From Thermodesulfobacteriota bacterium (GTDB taxonomy: Bacteria; Desulfobacterota; Desulfarculia; JACQYL01): a stretch of 64,000 nt of DNA. The translations under genes and the position numbers were made by a program. The stretch covers positions 256,001-320,000 of the forward strand of contig CAXXLZ010000002.1 in the NCBI GenBank assembly GCA_963675595.2, given 5' to 3'. Below, one piece after another: positions 50,115 to 60,479 of the stretch (position 1 is its first letter; every line of letters begins with the position of its first letter). The notes below the pieces were generated by a model, which was not told the DNA's origin, ran no database searches, and saw only the letters and a list, made by a program, of their open reading frames with translations.

Positions 50115-52607
50115 CTAAAACTCTTCAGGCGGTGTGGGATAGAAGCTGATATTGAAGTAGGAGTACTCGTCGCACACCAGTTCTCTCGCATAGTGCGCCT
50201 GCTGCGGGCCTATGTCTTTGGGCCAGTCGTATTTGTAATCCGTGATGGCGTCGCATATCGCCTGTCCACGCAACTCGTAGGCTCTGCCCGGTACCTCAGA
50301 GTTGCCGAATTCACCAATGAAGGGGATGGGCCCCCCTTTGAAGCTCGCGGTCCAGTACTTGTCTTCCTGGCTGTAGGTGAACTGCGTGATTTCATCCGCA
50401 TTGGGGCTCAGAATCCCAGTAACGTGAATCTTCGTGTCTCCGCGCACCGCGTCGAAGCTGAAACCGTTACCGTCCATGTTTCCCGCGGTGTGCCACATGG
50501 AGTAACGTATGTTGTAGGTACCCATGGCGATGTGCCAGTCCTCTTCCGGCACGGAAGTGTCGCCGGGCACCCGTGTGTGGTGTACATCCAACTCCAGTGA
50601 GTAGCTTTGCGGGATGGGGATCACGGGTTCCGATTGCGCGCAGGGGCCGTCCCCGCCCTCTGGAGCCAATCCTCCGAGAGCGGCGTACGTCGGTGTCGGT
50701 CCGCACAATTCGTTGGACGACTCAATGAAAGGAGGGAATTGTTTCCACTCTCCTTGGGGCCTCACAAAAGTGCAGTCGGACTCGAAGAGGCCCATAAGAC
50801 ATTGACATCCGGTTCTTTGCCCATTCTTGTATTCCGTATAACTGCAGAGCCAGCTCAATCGACCGCCGGCCAACAGCTCCGTCACAATCTGTTCAAACGT
50901 GTATCCGGCTCGTAAAAAGCCGAATATGATGTACAGAAGGGTGCGCGACTCGGTCAATTCCGCGCCCGAAATACTGCAAAGACTTCTGGCTTGCGCGAGA
51001 TAATCATCTAGACCGTCTTGCGGCGACAAAAGGGGTGCCAGTGTTCGCGGCGTAAGCCGTTTCTCGTCGGCGCCGTTCGGGCCTCCGGCGCTCGCCACAA
51101 TGCCGTCCACCGACAGCCGCCCCGTCATGGCCGCATCGACCACTTCCCACAATTCGTAGCCCCGATCCACGGCGCGCACCACGGCGTCGAACCCGTCTTC
51201 CTCACCCATGCTGTTCCGGACTCTGTCGACAACAGCCTCTAGTTCATAAAGACTGAAGAACCGTGTCGCCCACATGTAGTAATTGGCGAGATCCCCGTGA
51301 GGGGCCACCAAAACATATACATACCAGCCGCCGGAAGGCACATCCAGAATCAGGAGATCCGGCAGCGCCGACTCCTCGACGACCTCGGTCACATTCGACT
51401 TCCAGGGGACCAAGCCGTCCTGATGCAGAAAACCGATTTGTCCGCCCGGCTTGATGAGAATAATACTGTTCGGATCAAGAGCGGGGCACAGCAAACCGAA
51501 ATAGATGTCCACCGGTCCGGCGAACGCGCCCAGCGCCGCCTTCAGGATAAAATCGTATCCACCCTCAGCCACGCTCCCGAAACCCACCGGCTTCGCGTGC
51601 AGGGGATCCGAGTTCACCACCGGGGAAGCACCCGCCTCATAGGGAATAATGATCTGTCCGACGGGCAAAGGCATTTTCGCCGGCTGCGCCGCATCAAACT
51701 GCGCCGTAACATTGATGTCGCTCTGCATTTGTACTAGACAGTCGCCCGTGCCCGAGCACCCGCCCCCGGTCCAACCGGTAAATACGGACGTCGCATCGGG
51801 AACGGCGCTCAGCGTCACCGTGCCTCCCTGGTTGAAGGACGCCGTGCAGGTCGTTCCACAGTTGATCCCGGAGGGCGAACTCTGAACCAGGCCCGTGCCG
51901 GACCCCGCCTTGGTCACGGTCAACAAATGCTGCGACGGCTGCGAGGAAGAACTGGCGCAAACATTGTCGAACAGGACCACGGTTCCGGCGTTCTGAGCAA
52001 ACAACCAAAATGTATCGATGTTGCCGGGGGCCGCATAGCTGAAATCCCCCGAAAAATAGACGGCGGTGTCGGATTTGTTCACCCTAAGGACCACTCGGTC
52101 CCCACGATAGGCGACCCCGACGGAGGTAACCGCGGCCGGTAGGGTCCACTCCTCCGATTGATGCCAAGTCTGTGCCGGGACATCCCAGGCCAGCAACCTT
52201 GCCTTTCCCAGGTTCGGATAGACGATGGCGCCCACGCCGGACACGTCATGGCCCGCCACATCGAAATACACCCCCGAAGAAGTATAGGGAAAGATCCCGT
52301 AACCGGCATAAAGGTCCGACCCGGCCACCCATTCCACGTCCACGTCCACGGAGAACAGGCCGGGAGGGCTGAAGTCGGTTTTGTAGCTTCCCATGCTCCC
52401 GGCTGCGGTGATCGAGGCCTGAACCCTTCCGGTTTGCACGGTCCATGACCCGGAATTTACCGTCCAAACCTTACCGGAGCCTCCGGAAAAGCCTTCGTTC
52501 AGATAGGCACAGGAGGCTTCCTCGGCATGACAGTTGGTGAGAACGGTGAAAAGAAGGACGGCGGCAAACAAGAAAACGGAGAAGATTCTTTGTGGAGCGG
52601 CGATCAT
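50115..52607 (-). CDS. Large secreted multidomain protein with InlB B-repeat-like module
   Basis: Signal peptide; LTVTKAGSGTG.V.S.P.GINCG..C...FTGWTGGGCSGTG.C repeat module; lectin-like beta N-terminus. Confidence 0.8.
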   Translation of the reverse strand: MIAAPQRIFSVFLFAAVLLFTVLTNCHAEEASCAYLNEGFSGGSGKVWTVNSGSWTVQTGRVQASITAAGSMGSYKTDFSPPGLFSVDVDVEWVAGSDLYAGYGIFPYTSSGVYFDVAGHDVSGVGAIVYPNLGKARLLAWDVPAQTWHQSEEWTLPAAVTSVGVAYRGDRVVLRVNKSDTAVYFSGDFSYAAPGNIDTFWLFAQNAGTVVLFDNVCASSSSQPSQHLLTVTKAGSGTGLVQSSPSGINCGTTCTASFNQGGTVTLSAVPDATSVFTGWTGGGCSGTGDCLVQMQSDINVTAQFDAAQPAKMPLPVGQIIIPYEAGASPVVNSDPLHAKPVGFGSVAEGGYDFILKAALGAFAGPVDIYFGLLCPALDPNSIILIKPGGQIGFLHQDGLVPWKSNVTEVVEESALPDLLILDVPSGGWYVYVLVAPHGDLANYYMWATRFFSLYELEAVVDRVRNSMGEEDGFDAVVRAVDRGYELWEVVDAAMTGRLSVDGIVASAGGPNGADEKRLTPRTLAPLLSPQDGLDDYLAQARSLCSISGAELTESRTLLYIIFGFLRAGYTFEQIVTELLAGGRLSWLCSYTEYKNGQRTGCQCLMGLFESDCTFVRPQGEWKQFPPFIESSNELCGPTPTYAALGGLAPEGGDGPCAQSEPVIPIPQSYSLELDVHHTRVPGDTSVPEEDWHIAMGTYNIRYSMWHTAGNMDGNGFSFDAVRGDTKIHVTGILSPNADEITQFTYSQEDKYWTASFKGGPIPFIGEFGNSEVPGRAYELRGQAICDAITDYKYDWPKDIGPQQAHYARELVCDEYSYFNISFYPTPPEEF

Positions 52608-53229
52608 CGTTTTCTCCTCGCTTCCGGCAAACCGGAATCATGTGATTTTCACGGGAGCGGATCACTCGTATCGTCGGCGCGGGGATGTTGACCGATCTGG
52701 TCAGTCGCTCTTATACCTGCTGCTTAACTTTTCTTCACTTTTCTTTGTAATACACTTTCGTTCGCTTTCCAATGCTTTTTTCCACGGAGATCAGCGAGGA
52801 GACGAGCGCAGGCCCCCAGACAAAAAAACAGGGGGCTCCGTCGCTGATTACACGATGAATCCTCCCATCATGCCGCGATAAGGGCAAATCCCTCATGACT
52901 GGACGATCTTCAGGGCGCTTCCATCCGGGAAAGATTGAACGAGAGGATGTCCAAGGCTGGAGAACGAAGTGCGGTTATCCGGGAACGGACTTAATTCCGG
53001 AGTTTTCACAGTGTTACTGTCGGGAGGGCAACCCGGAACCGGGCATGTTCAAGCGTGGCGGTAACACGGGAAAATTCGTGAGAGGAACCCGAACCTATGG
53101 GCCGGAAGTGGGCATTCTTTGCTGAAAATACTTCGCGCTTGGCATTGAGGCGACCTTGAAGAATCGCCGGAAAAATTCCAACTACCTGATGTTACACCGG
53201 CCCCACACTCTTCAACGTCCGCTCTAACC

Positions 53230-54594
53230 TCAATCCTCGGCGGCCAGATCGTACTTCTTCAGCTTGCGCCACAGGGACACCCGGTCGATGCCCAGAACCT
53301 GGGCGGCGCGGGTCTGGTTTCCCCCGCTTTCGGTAAGCACATACTGGATATATTCCCGTTCCCTGTCCTGGAGCGTGGGCAGGGCTCCGGATCGTGTGCG
53401 GATGGCGCGGAAGCGGATGGACTTGAGGTCTTCGGGCAGGTCTCTGGCATCCAGGTAATCGCCCGTGGCCAGGGTTACGGCTCGCTCGATGATGTTTTCC
53501 AATTCCCGCACGTTGCCGGGAAAGGGATAGTTCATCAGAATGTCCATCATTTCGTCGGTAATGCCGGCGATATGCTTGTCCTGCTTTTTCGCGTGCTTCT
53601 GCAGAAAATGGCGGGCGAGGAGCGGAATGTCGTCCTTTCGTTCCGCGAGGGGTGGAATGTAGAGGGTCACCACGTTGAGCCGATAATACAGGTCGGATCG
53701 AAACTCACCGGAACCCACCATCTCCTTCAAATCCCTGTTGGTGGCCGCCACAACCCGAACGTCCACGGACACCGGGTCCGTTCCTCCCACGCGAAGCACG
53801 GCTTTTTCCTGAAGTACCCTGAGGAGACGAATCTGCATGGACTGGGGCATATCCCCCACTTCGTCGAGGAACACGGTCCCCCCGTCCGCCGCTTCGAACA
53901 AACCCGTTTTCATGCTTGTGGCGCCGGTGAAGGCGTCCTTCTCATGGCCGAACAACTCGTTGGCCAAAAGCTCCTCCGAAAAGGCCGCGCAGTTGAAGGC
54001 CACGAAACGGTTCTCCGACCGCTGGCTGGCATGGTGAACCGCTCGTGCCACCAGTTCTTTGCCCGTTCCGGTTTCCCCCATGATCAGCACGCTGCAGTCC
54101 GTGGGCGCCACCCTGCGGATGGTTTCGATCAACTGCTCGAGCTTGGGACTCTTGCCCACGATGAAGGGAATCCCCTCGGCGGCCTTCAGGTCCTTCTTGA
54201 GCCGGTCCACTTCGTCGCGCAGTTGCTTCTTTTCCAGGGCCTGCGAGGCCAGAGCGCGCACCTCGTCGATCTTGTAGGGCTTGGGTACGTAATGAAACGC
54301 ACCCCTCTTCATGGCCTCGATGGCGGAATTCACCGTGGCATACCCCGTAATCATGATGACTTCCGTGCCGGGATGGTCTTCCCTGACCTTACGCAAGACC
54401 TCCATGCCGTCCACCTTTTCCATGCGCAGGTCCGTGAGCACGAGATCGTAAGGCTTCTTTTCCAGCATCTTGAGGGCTTCCACCCCTCCTCCCACCGTAT
54501 CGATACGCACGTCGAGCTTGGAGAGAATCCTGGCCAGATTGTTCCTGGCCGTATCCTCGTCTTCCACGATGAGCAGTCGTTGCGGTTTGGCCAT
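53230..54594 (-). CDS. Sigma54-dependent response regulator (NtrC family)
   Basis: REC domain; GETGTGKE, ELFGHEKDAFTGA, FLDEVG and FPGNVRELEN; Fis-type HTH. Confidence 0.96.
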   Translation of the reverse strand: MAKPQRLLIVEDEDTARNNLARILSKLDVRIDTVGGGVEALKMLEKKPYDLVLTDLRMEKVDGMEVLRKVREDHPGTEVIMITGYATVNSAIEAMKRGAFHYVPKPYKIDEVRALASQALEKKQLRDEVDRLKKDLKAAEGIPFIVGKSPKLEQLIETIRRVAPTDCSVLIMGETGTGKELVARAVHHASQRSENRFVAFNCAAFSEELLANELFGHEKDAFTGATSMKTGLFEAADGGTVFLDEVGDMPQSMQIRLLRVLQEKAVLRVGGTDPVSVDVRVVAATNRDLKEMVGSGEFRSDLYYRLNVVTLYIPPLAERKDDIPLLARHFLQKHAKKQDKHIAGITDEMMDILMNYPFPGNVRELENIIERAVTLATGDYLDARDLPEDLKSIRFRAIRTRSGALPTLQDREREYIQYVLTESGGNQTRAAQVLGIDRVSLWRKLKKYDLAAED

Positions 54595-54595
54595 G

Positions 54596-56032
<1,437 letters not shown>

Positions 56033-56067
56033 GGCGCTCCGCCCGTGAGGCTCTCAAGCCCTCTCGT

Positions 56068-57876
56068 CTAAAAGCCGTAAAATATGGCGATGGTTCCGAT
56101 GGTGACTGCGATGAAGATCACACTCATGATCATCCCGGCTTTCATGAAATCCACACTCCGGTACCGTCCCGGACCCATATAAAGGGCGTTGACCTGGTGC
56201 GTGGGCAACATGAAGGAATTGGACGTGGCCACTCCCACGATCAAAGCGGCCATGCGGGGATCGGCCCCCGCTCCGATGGCCATGTTGACCACCAGCGGCA
56301 CCAACAGCACCGTGGCCCCCACGTTGGAGATCACCAAGGTGAACAGGGTGGACAAGCCCGCGATGACCGTAAACAGTATGATGGGGGATACATCGCCAAT
56401 GAGGGTGAGCACCTTGCTGGCAATGTAGGCGGCCGTGCCGGACTGCTCCGTGGCGATTCCCAACGGGATCAGTCCTCCAAGCAGGAATATGGTTCTCCAG
56501 TCCACGGAATGGTAGGCTTCATCAATGGTCAGCACTTTGAAAAGCACCATCAGCAAGGCGCCGGCCATCAAGCACACGGACAGCTTCAGCCCGCTGAAGA
56601 TTACCAGGGAAATCGCCACGGCGAAAGCCAAGGACGCCCAAATGGCTTTCCGTGGCTGCAGCACTTCCGCATCCACCGGATGCGTGAATATGAAATTGTG
56701 CCGATCCCTGAGAATTTTGAATCGCTCCCAGGTTCCATGCATGAGGATGGCGTCGCCGGGATTGAGATCAATCCCGGATAGTCCCGCGTAGTATATCTTG
56801 TCCTCGCGGTACAGAGCCAGGGGCGTCACCTGGTAGGTGGGGCGGAAGTGTACTTCGTCCATGGTCTTGCCCACCAGTTCCGATCGAGGGGCCACGATGG
56901 CCTCCACGATTCCGGCCATGTCCGAAGACAGATCGTTCTTGAAGACCTCCAGTTCGGGCTTGACTTCCACACCGCACTCGGAAACCAGGGCCTGGACCAT
57001 TTCCGGGCGACCGAAAACCACGAAGACATTCCCGGGTTCGATCTTGGTACCGAGGGGAGGAGGAATCAGTTTGGTCTTACCGCCGTCGGGCGTCAGGGCC
57101 ACGGTATGCACCAGAAATTGCTGGCGAAGATGTCGGATATCCGGCTCCATGGTGCTGTTCGCCGGCATGACGAGTTCAAAGAGACGGCCCAGCTTGCTGT
57201 AGGACAGCGACACGTCGAACTGGGAGCCTTTTCCTTGAGCGTCTTCCTTTTTTGCCGGAAGCACAAGATTCCCGAAGACGATGAAGTACAAAATACCGCT
57301 CGCCACCAGGGCCAAACCCACGGGAGTGACGTCGAAAAGATTGAAGGGGGTCAGCTTATATGGAACGAGCAGGTCGTTGAGCAAGATCAAGGGGCTGGAT
57401 CCCACGAGGGTCACCGTTCCGCCGAGGATGGCGGAAAACCCTACGGGCATGAGAACCCTGGAAATCGGTATCCCGGTCTGCCTGCAGATTCTCTGGATTG
57501 CCGGCAGGAAAAGGGCGGCGGCGCCGATGTTCTGCATAAAACTCGATATAATGGCCACGGTCAGACAGAGCATGGCTACGATTCGGGTCTGACTGTTCCC
57601 CGCAATTTTCATCACCGGGGAAACCAATCGATTAATCAGGCCCGTCTTGTCCAATCCCGCGCCGACTATAATGACCGCAATGATGGAAACCACCGCGTTG
57701 CTGCTCAGGCCCACAAAGGCTTGCTGACCGGTCACCAGTCCCAATATGGGCAAGGCCACCATCATAATGATGGCCACCACGTCCACCCGAACCCATTCCA
57801 CAATGAAGAGGAAGACCGCGAGAGCGATCATCCCCATGACCAAAATCATGTCCATCGTCAACTCGGGACCGTTCAT
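56068..57876 (-). CDS. SLC13/DASS family permease with TrkA-C domains
   Basis: SSFMQNIG, GGTVTLVGSS, ISNVGATV and PTHQVN motifs; central TrkA-C region. Confidence 0.92.
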   Translation of the reverse strand: MNGPELTMDMILVMGMIALAVFLFIVEWVRVDVVAIIMMVALPILGLVTGQQAFVGLSSNAVVSIIAVIIVGAGLDKTGLINRLVSPVMKIAGNSQTRIVAMLCLTVAIISSFMQNIGAAALFLPAIQRICRQTGIPISRVLMPVGFSAILGGTVTLVGSSPLILLNDLLVPYKLTPFNLFDVTPVGLALVASGILYFIVFGNLVLPAKKEDAQGKGSQFDVSLSYSKLGRLFELVMPANSTMEPDIRHLRQQFLVHTVALTPDGGKTKLIPPPLGTKIEPGNVFVVFGRPEMVQALVSECGVEVKPELEVFKNDLSSDMAGIVEAIVAPRSELVGKTMDEVHFRPTYQVTPLALYREDKIYYAGLSGIDLNPGDAILMHGTWERFKILRDRHNFIFTHPVDAEVLQPRKAIWASLAFAVAISLVIFSGLKLSVCLMAGALLMVLFKVLTIDEAYHSVDWRTIFLLGGLIPLGIATEQSGTAAYIASKVLTLIGDVSPIILFTVIAGLSTLFTLVISNVGATVLLVPLVVNMAIGAGADPRMAALIVGVATSNSFMLPTHQVNALYMGPGRYRSVDFMKAGMIMSVIFIAVTIGTIAIFYGF

Positions 57877-58253
57877 GCATCAGCCTCCTTATCCGGTCTC
57901 ATCGGGCCGTATCGGCCCTCACATATTCCACATCCATACTCATATTCAGCGTGTCATCGCCGCTCGGGCATGTGCAATTCTTCCCAAATGAACGCCTTGT
58001 TCCGATCACCTCATACACTTTTCCCAATGGGCCGGTCCCACATAAAAGACACGGAACTCGGCTTGCGTCTCTCAATGAAACGGGAGTGACGGCACGGAAC
58101 CCGGAGGGGAAGGGAAAGGCGTATTCCTGCGTGATCGGAAAGACACTCGATCGTCGGCTCCAATAGAGAAGCCGGGTGGGAAACCCCATGCGCCCGCGGC
58201 AAAGGAAGAGCCGGTCTGAATAGTCATCTAAAAGAGTCCTTCCATCAAGCCTC

Positions 58254-59108
58254 TCATGCACAAGGCGGCAGGTCCCCGTCACACACAACCACCTCGGACA
58301 GACCCGGTATGTTTTTTACCGCCTCGTGAATTCGATCGGCGCTGTCCTCTCGGATCTGGTCCTGCACTGCGGAATCCACTTTGGGCACTACATAGGAGGA
58401 CGATCTGATTTTTCGGGAATGCACCTTTACGTAGACCACGCCTTCACAGACTTTGACATCCGCCCGGCAGAAGGGACGTATCCTCGCTTTCACGAGGTTT
58501 GTTAAGGCCAGTTCGGAGATTCTCCGTTCGGATTCGGCCGTGGTCCGGAACGAACCAAGTCGTGAGGCGTAACAGATCAAATCGCAGGCATGCTCCAGCT
58601 TCATCTTGCCCACGTTGACCACCAGGTCATACAGCAACGGGTCCTGGAGGTTTCGCTTATACAGATACTGGGTCCAACGATAGCGTTCCGAGTCTTCCTT
58701 CTCGATTCGCTCCGCGGCCTGGGCGTGAGTGATGCCCTCTTTGGACATCATAAACGCGATTCGTTGATCCATGTCCGCGACGACCCGCACTTTGAGTACA
58801 TGGGAGACGTCGGGAAGCATGAAATGCCCCGCGTTACCATGATACACCACGTTGTCGTTCTTGACCCGGTCCAGGAGAGCGGCCTGAATACAATCAAAGT
58901 AGTATTCCCGGTCGTACTGAAGTCTTTTTAATATGGAAGGGGCATCGTGCAGCGACTTGAAAAGCTCCCGCTCGGGAACCAGGAAAAGGTTGGAGGCATC
59001 GATGAGTACCTCCCGGCTGATGCACTCGTAGCCGAGTTCCTCGGCGACCATTTCCGCAAGTTCTTTACCGTGGCTGTAGCAGCCTCGGGAGATGGTGATT
59101 ATGGCCAT
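58254..59108 (-). CDS. Cytidylate kinase-like family protein (paralog of 8478-9302)
   Basis: MAIITISRG, GYECISRE, LHDAPSIL, SHVLKVR and YDLV are shared with the first copy. Confidence 0.82.
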   Translation of the reverse strand: MAIITISRGCYSHGKELAEMVAEELGYECISREVLIDASNLFLVPERELFKSLHDAPSILKRLQYDREYYFDCIQAALLDRVKNDNVVYHGNAGHFMLPDVSHVLKVRVVADMDQRIAFMMSKEGITHAQAAERIEKEDSERYRWTQYLYKRNLQDPLLYDLVVNVGKMKLEHACDLICYASRLGSFRTTAESERRISELALTNLVKARIRPFCRADVKVCEGVVYVKVHSRKIRSSSYVVPKVDSAVQDQIREDSADRIHEAVKNIPGLSEVVVCDGDLPPCA

Positions 59109-59307
59109 ATGCACGCTCGACGTGGAAATTCAGAAAGATGTTTCAACATGTACCACTCCTTAGAATCCGACACAACACCAGGAAACAATATTCTCGATCC
59201 GAGAAACCTCTCTTGCTCCTCCCCCTCCGGCCGATCAGACTCGGCGAACCATCGGTACACGGGTCGGGAGGGGAAGGCAAGGGGCCGGATCGAGTCGACT
59301 TATCCCA

Positions 59308-59880
59308 TCACGAGGCCAAGCAGAACACGGGAATGGCCGGAGCTCTTCCGTCTTCAAGGTGGGTGTCGGGCTCGGTCAGGACGAACTCGACCCTCTTGAA
59401 CTCGCGATTCACTTCCCGCATGCATCCGTCGACGCTTCCGAACTTCACCACGTGCCGCATCTGTACGCCCGCTTCTTCCGCTTTGTCTCTCAATTTGACG
59501 GCACCCTCGGAAGCCTTGGCTTCAAAGTTCTCTCGAAGTACGTCACGGAAAGGATCCACGGCTTTGGACGATTCGGCTTCTCCCAGGGGAAGACAGCTCA
59601 ATGCGATGATATCGTAAGACATCCGCTTGGCGAATCCCACGGCGTAGTCGGAGAGAGCGCTGGAAAAGCTCTCCTGGTTCCCCACCACCAGCACCTTGGG
59701 ACGTTCGGCGCTTTCACGGCGCATAACCTCCTTCGCTTCGGAATGCATCCCGGCTTCCGCGAAGGTGGCCGCCTCCGTGTACTGCTCCACCTGCTCTTCA
59801 AATGCCGCGTTCTTGCGACTCTTGACTACGAAGCCTTCTTTGTTCTTGCCGGAAAAAAGTCGTTTCACTCTCTCGATCAT
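59308..59880 (-). CDS. USP-like protein with N-terminal A(T/A)FAEA segment
   Basis: EAATFAEAG, VLVVG, YAVGFAKRM, HVVKFG and PVFC motifs; GGGGGAGG RBS. Confidence 0.7.
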   Translation of the reverse strand: MIERVKRLFSGKNKEGFVVKSRKNAAFEEQVEQYTEAATFAEAGMHSEAKEVMRRESAERPKVLVVGNQESFSSALSDYAVGFAKRMSYDIIALSCLPLGEAESSKAVDPFRDVLRENFEAKASEGAVKLRDKAEEAGVQMRHVVKFGSVDGCMREVNREFKRVEFVLTEPDTHLEDGRAPAIPVFCLAS

Positions 59881-59922
59881 GTTGGATCCTCCCCCTATCG
59901 TACTATTCAATTCAATTGTTCG

Positions 59923-59986
59923 CTCAGTCCGCTTTCAGATCACTCCGCTTTCAACTCAGTCCGCTTTCAGCTCCACCCGCTTTTCA
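59923..59986. repeat. 16-bp tandem repeat x4
   Basis: CTCAGTCCGCTTTCAG / ATCACTCCGCTTTCAA / CTCAGTCCGCTTTCAG / CTCCACCCGCTTTTCA. Confidence 0.8.
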
Positions 59987-60126
59987 CGCCGGACTTCTTT
60001 TCTGGCTTCCTTCCTCGGAGCTCTGCTTTCCTTCATCAAAGCCTCGGCCGTCTTATGGTCGTCGGCCTCGGCGAAGGCCGCAGCTGCAAACCAAGTTTCC
60101 AAAGTGGTTCTGATTTTTCCGCTCAT
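59956..60126 (-). CDS. 56-aa small protein absent from the ORF track
   Basis: GGGAGG RBS; MSGKIRTTLETWFAAAAFAEADDHKTAEALMKESRAPRKEARKEVRREKRVELKAD. The motif is shared with the next gene. Confidence 0.75.
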   Translation of the reverse strand: MSGKIRTTLETWFAAAAFAEADDHKTAEALMKESRAPRKEARKEVRREKRVELKAD

Positions 60127-60162
60127 GTTGTCCTCCCAGGCGTCAGGTTTTGCTCTCTATAG

Positions 60163-60178
60163 ATCAAGGCCCGTGCCA
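60163..60178 (-). promoter_or_regulatory. Sigma54 -24/-12 promoter
   Basis: TGGCACGGGCCTTGAT, 37 bp upstream of the small ORF; -12 reads GA instead of GC. Confidence 0.75.
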
Positions 60179-60257
60179 CATTTTGAAACACTATCTATCT
60201 GTTTGATATAACTTCATTTATTGGCGAAACAGGGCGTCCCGGCAAAAAATCGCCTTT

Positions 60258-60363
60258 TGTTGCACACCGCAACACCCGCCCGATATAAAGCCATTATATA
60301 TTTTAATTACAATAGGTTATGGATTCGTTGTTGCTTCCTTCAACACTGTTACGGATTGCAACA
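60258..60363. promoter_or_regulatory. Three TGTTGC-N5-GCAACA enhancer-like palindromes
   Basis: TGTTGCACACCGCAACA (60258), TGTTGCTTCCTTCAACA (60329) and TGTTACGGATTGCAACA (60347). Confidence 0.75.
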
Positions 60364-60479
60364 ATTTCGGGAGAAAAGAGTGGGGGCTTGGCCGGTGTTC
60401 CGTGCCTGCCGACGTCGGGGATATTGTGAGTCCTTCGTTGGGGGTCTATAATGCGGGCCGACACTTAAGGAGGAACGGG

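Noticed and set aside
57899-58288. 129-aa ORF between the kinase-like gene and SLC13
   Set aside because: No RBS or motif and overlaps the upstream gene; probably non-coding.
59923-59986. CRISPR-like array
   Set aside because: 16-bp units are directly adjacent with no spacers, and there are no cas genes.
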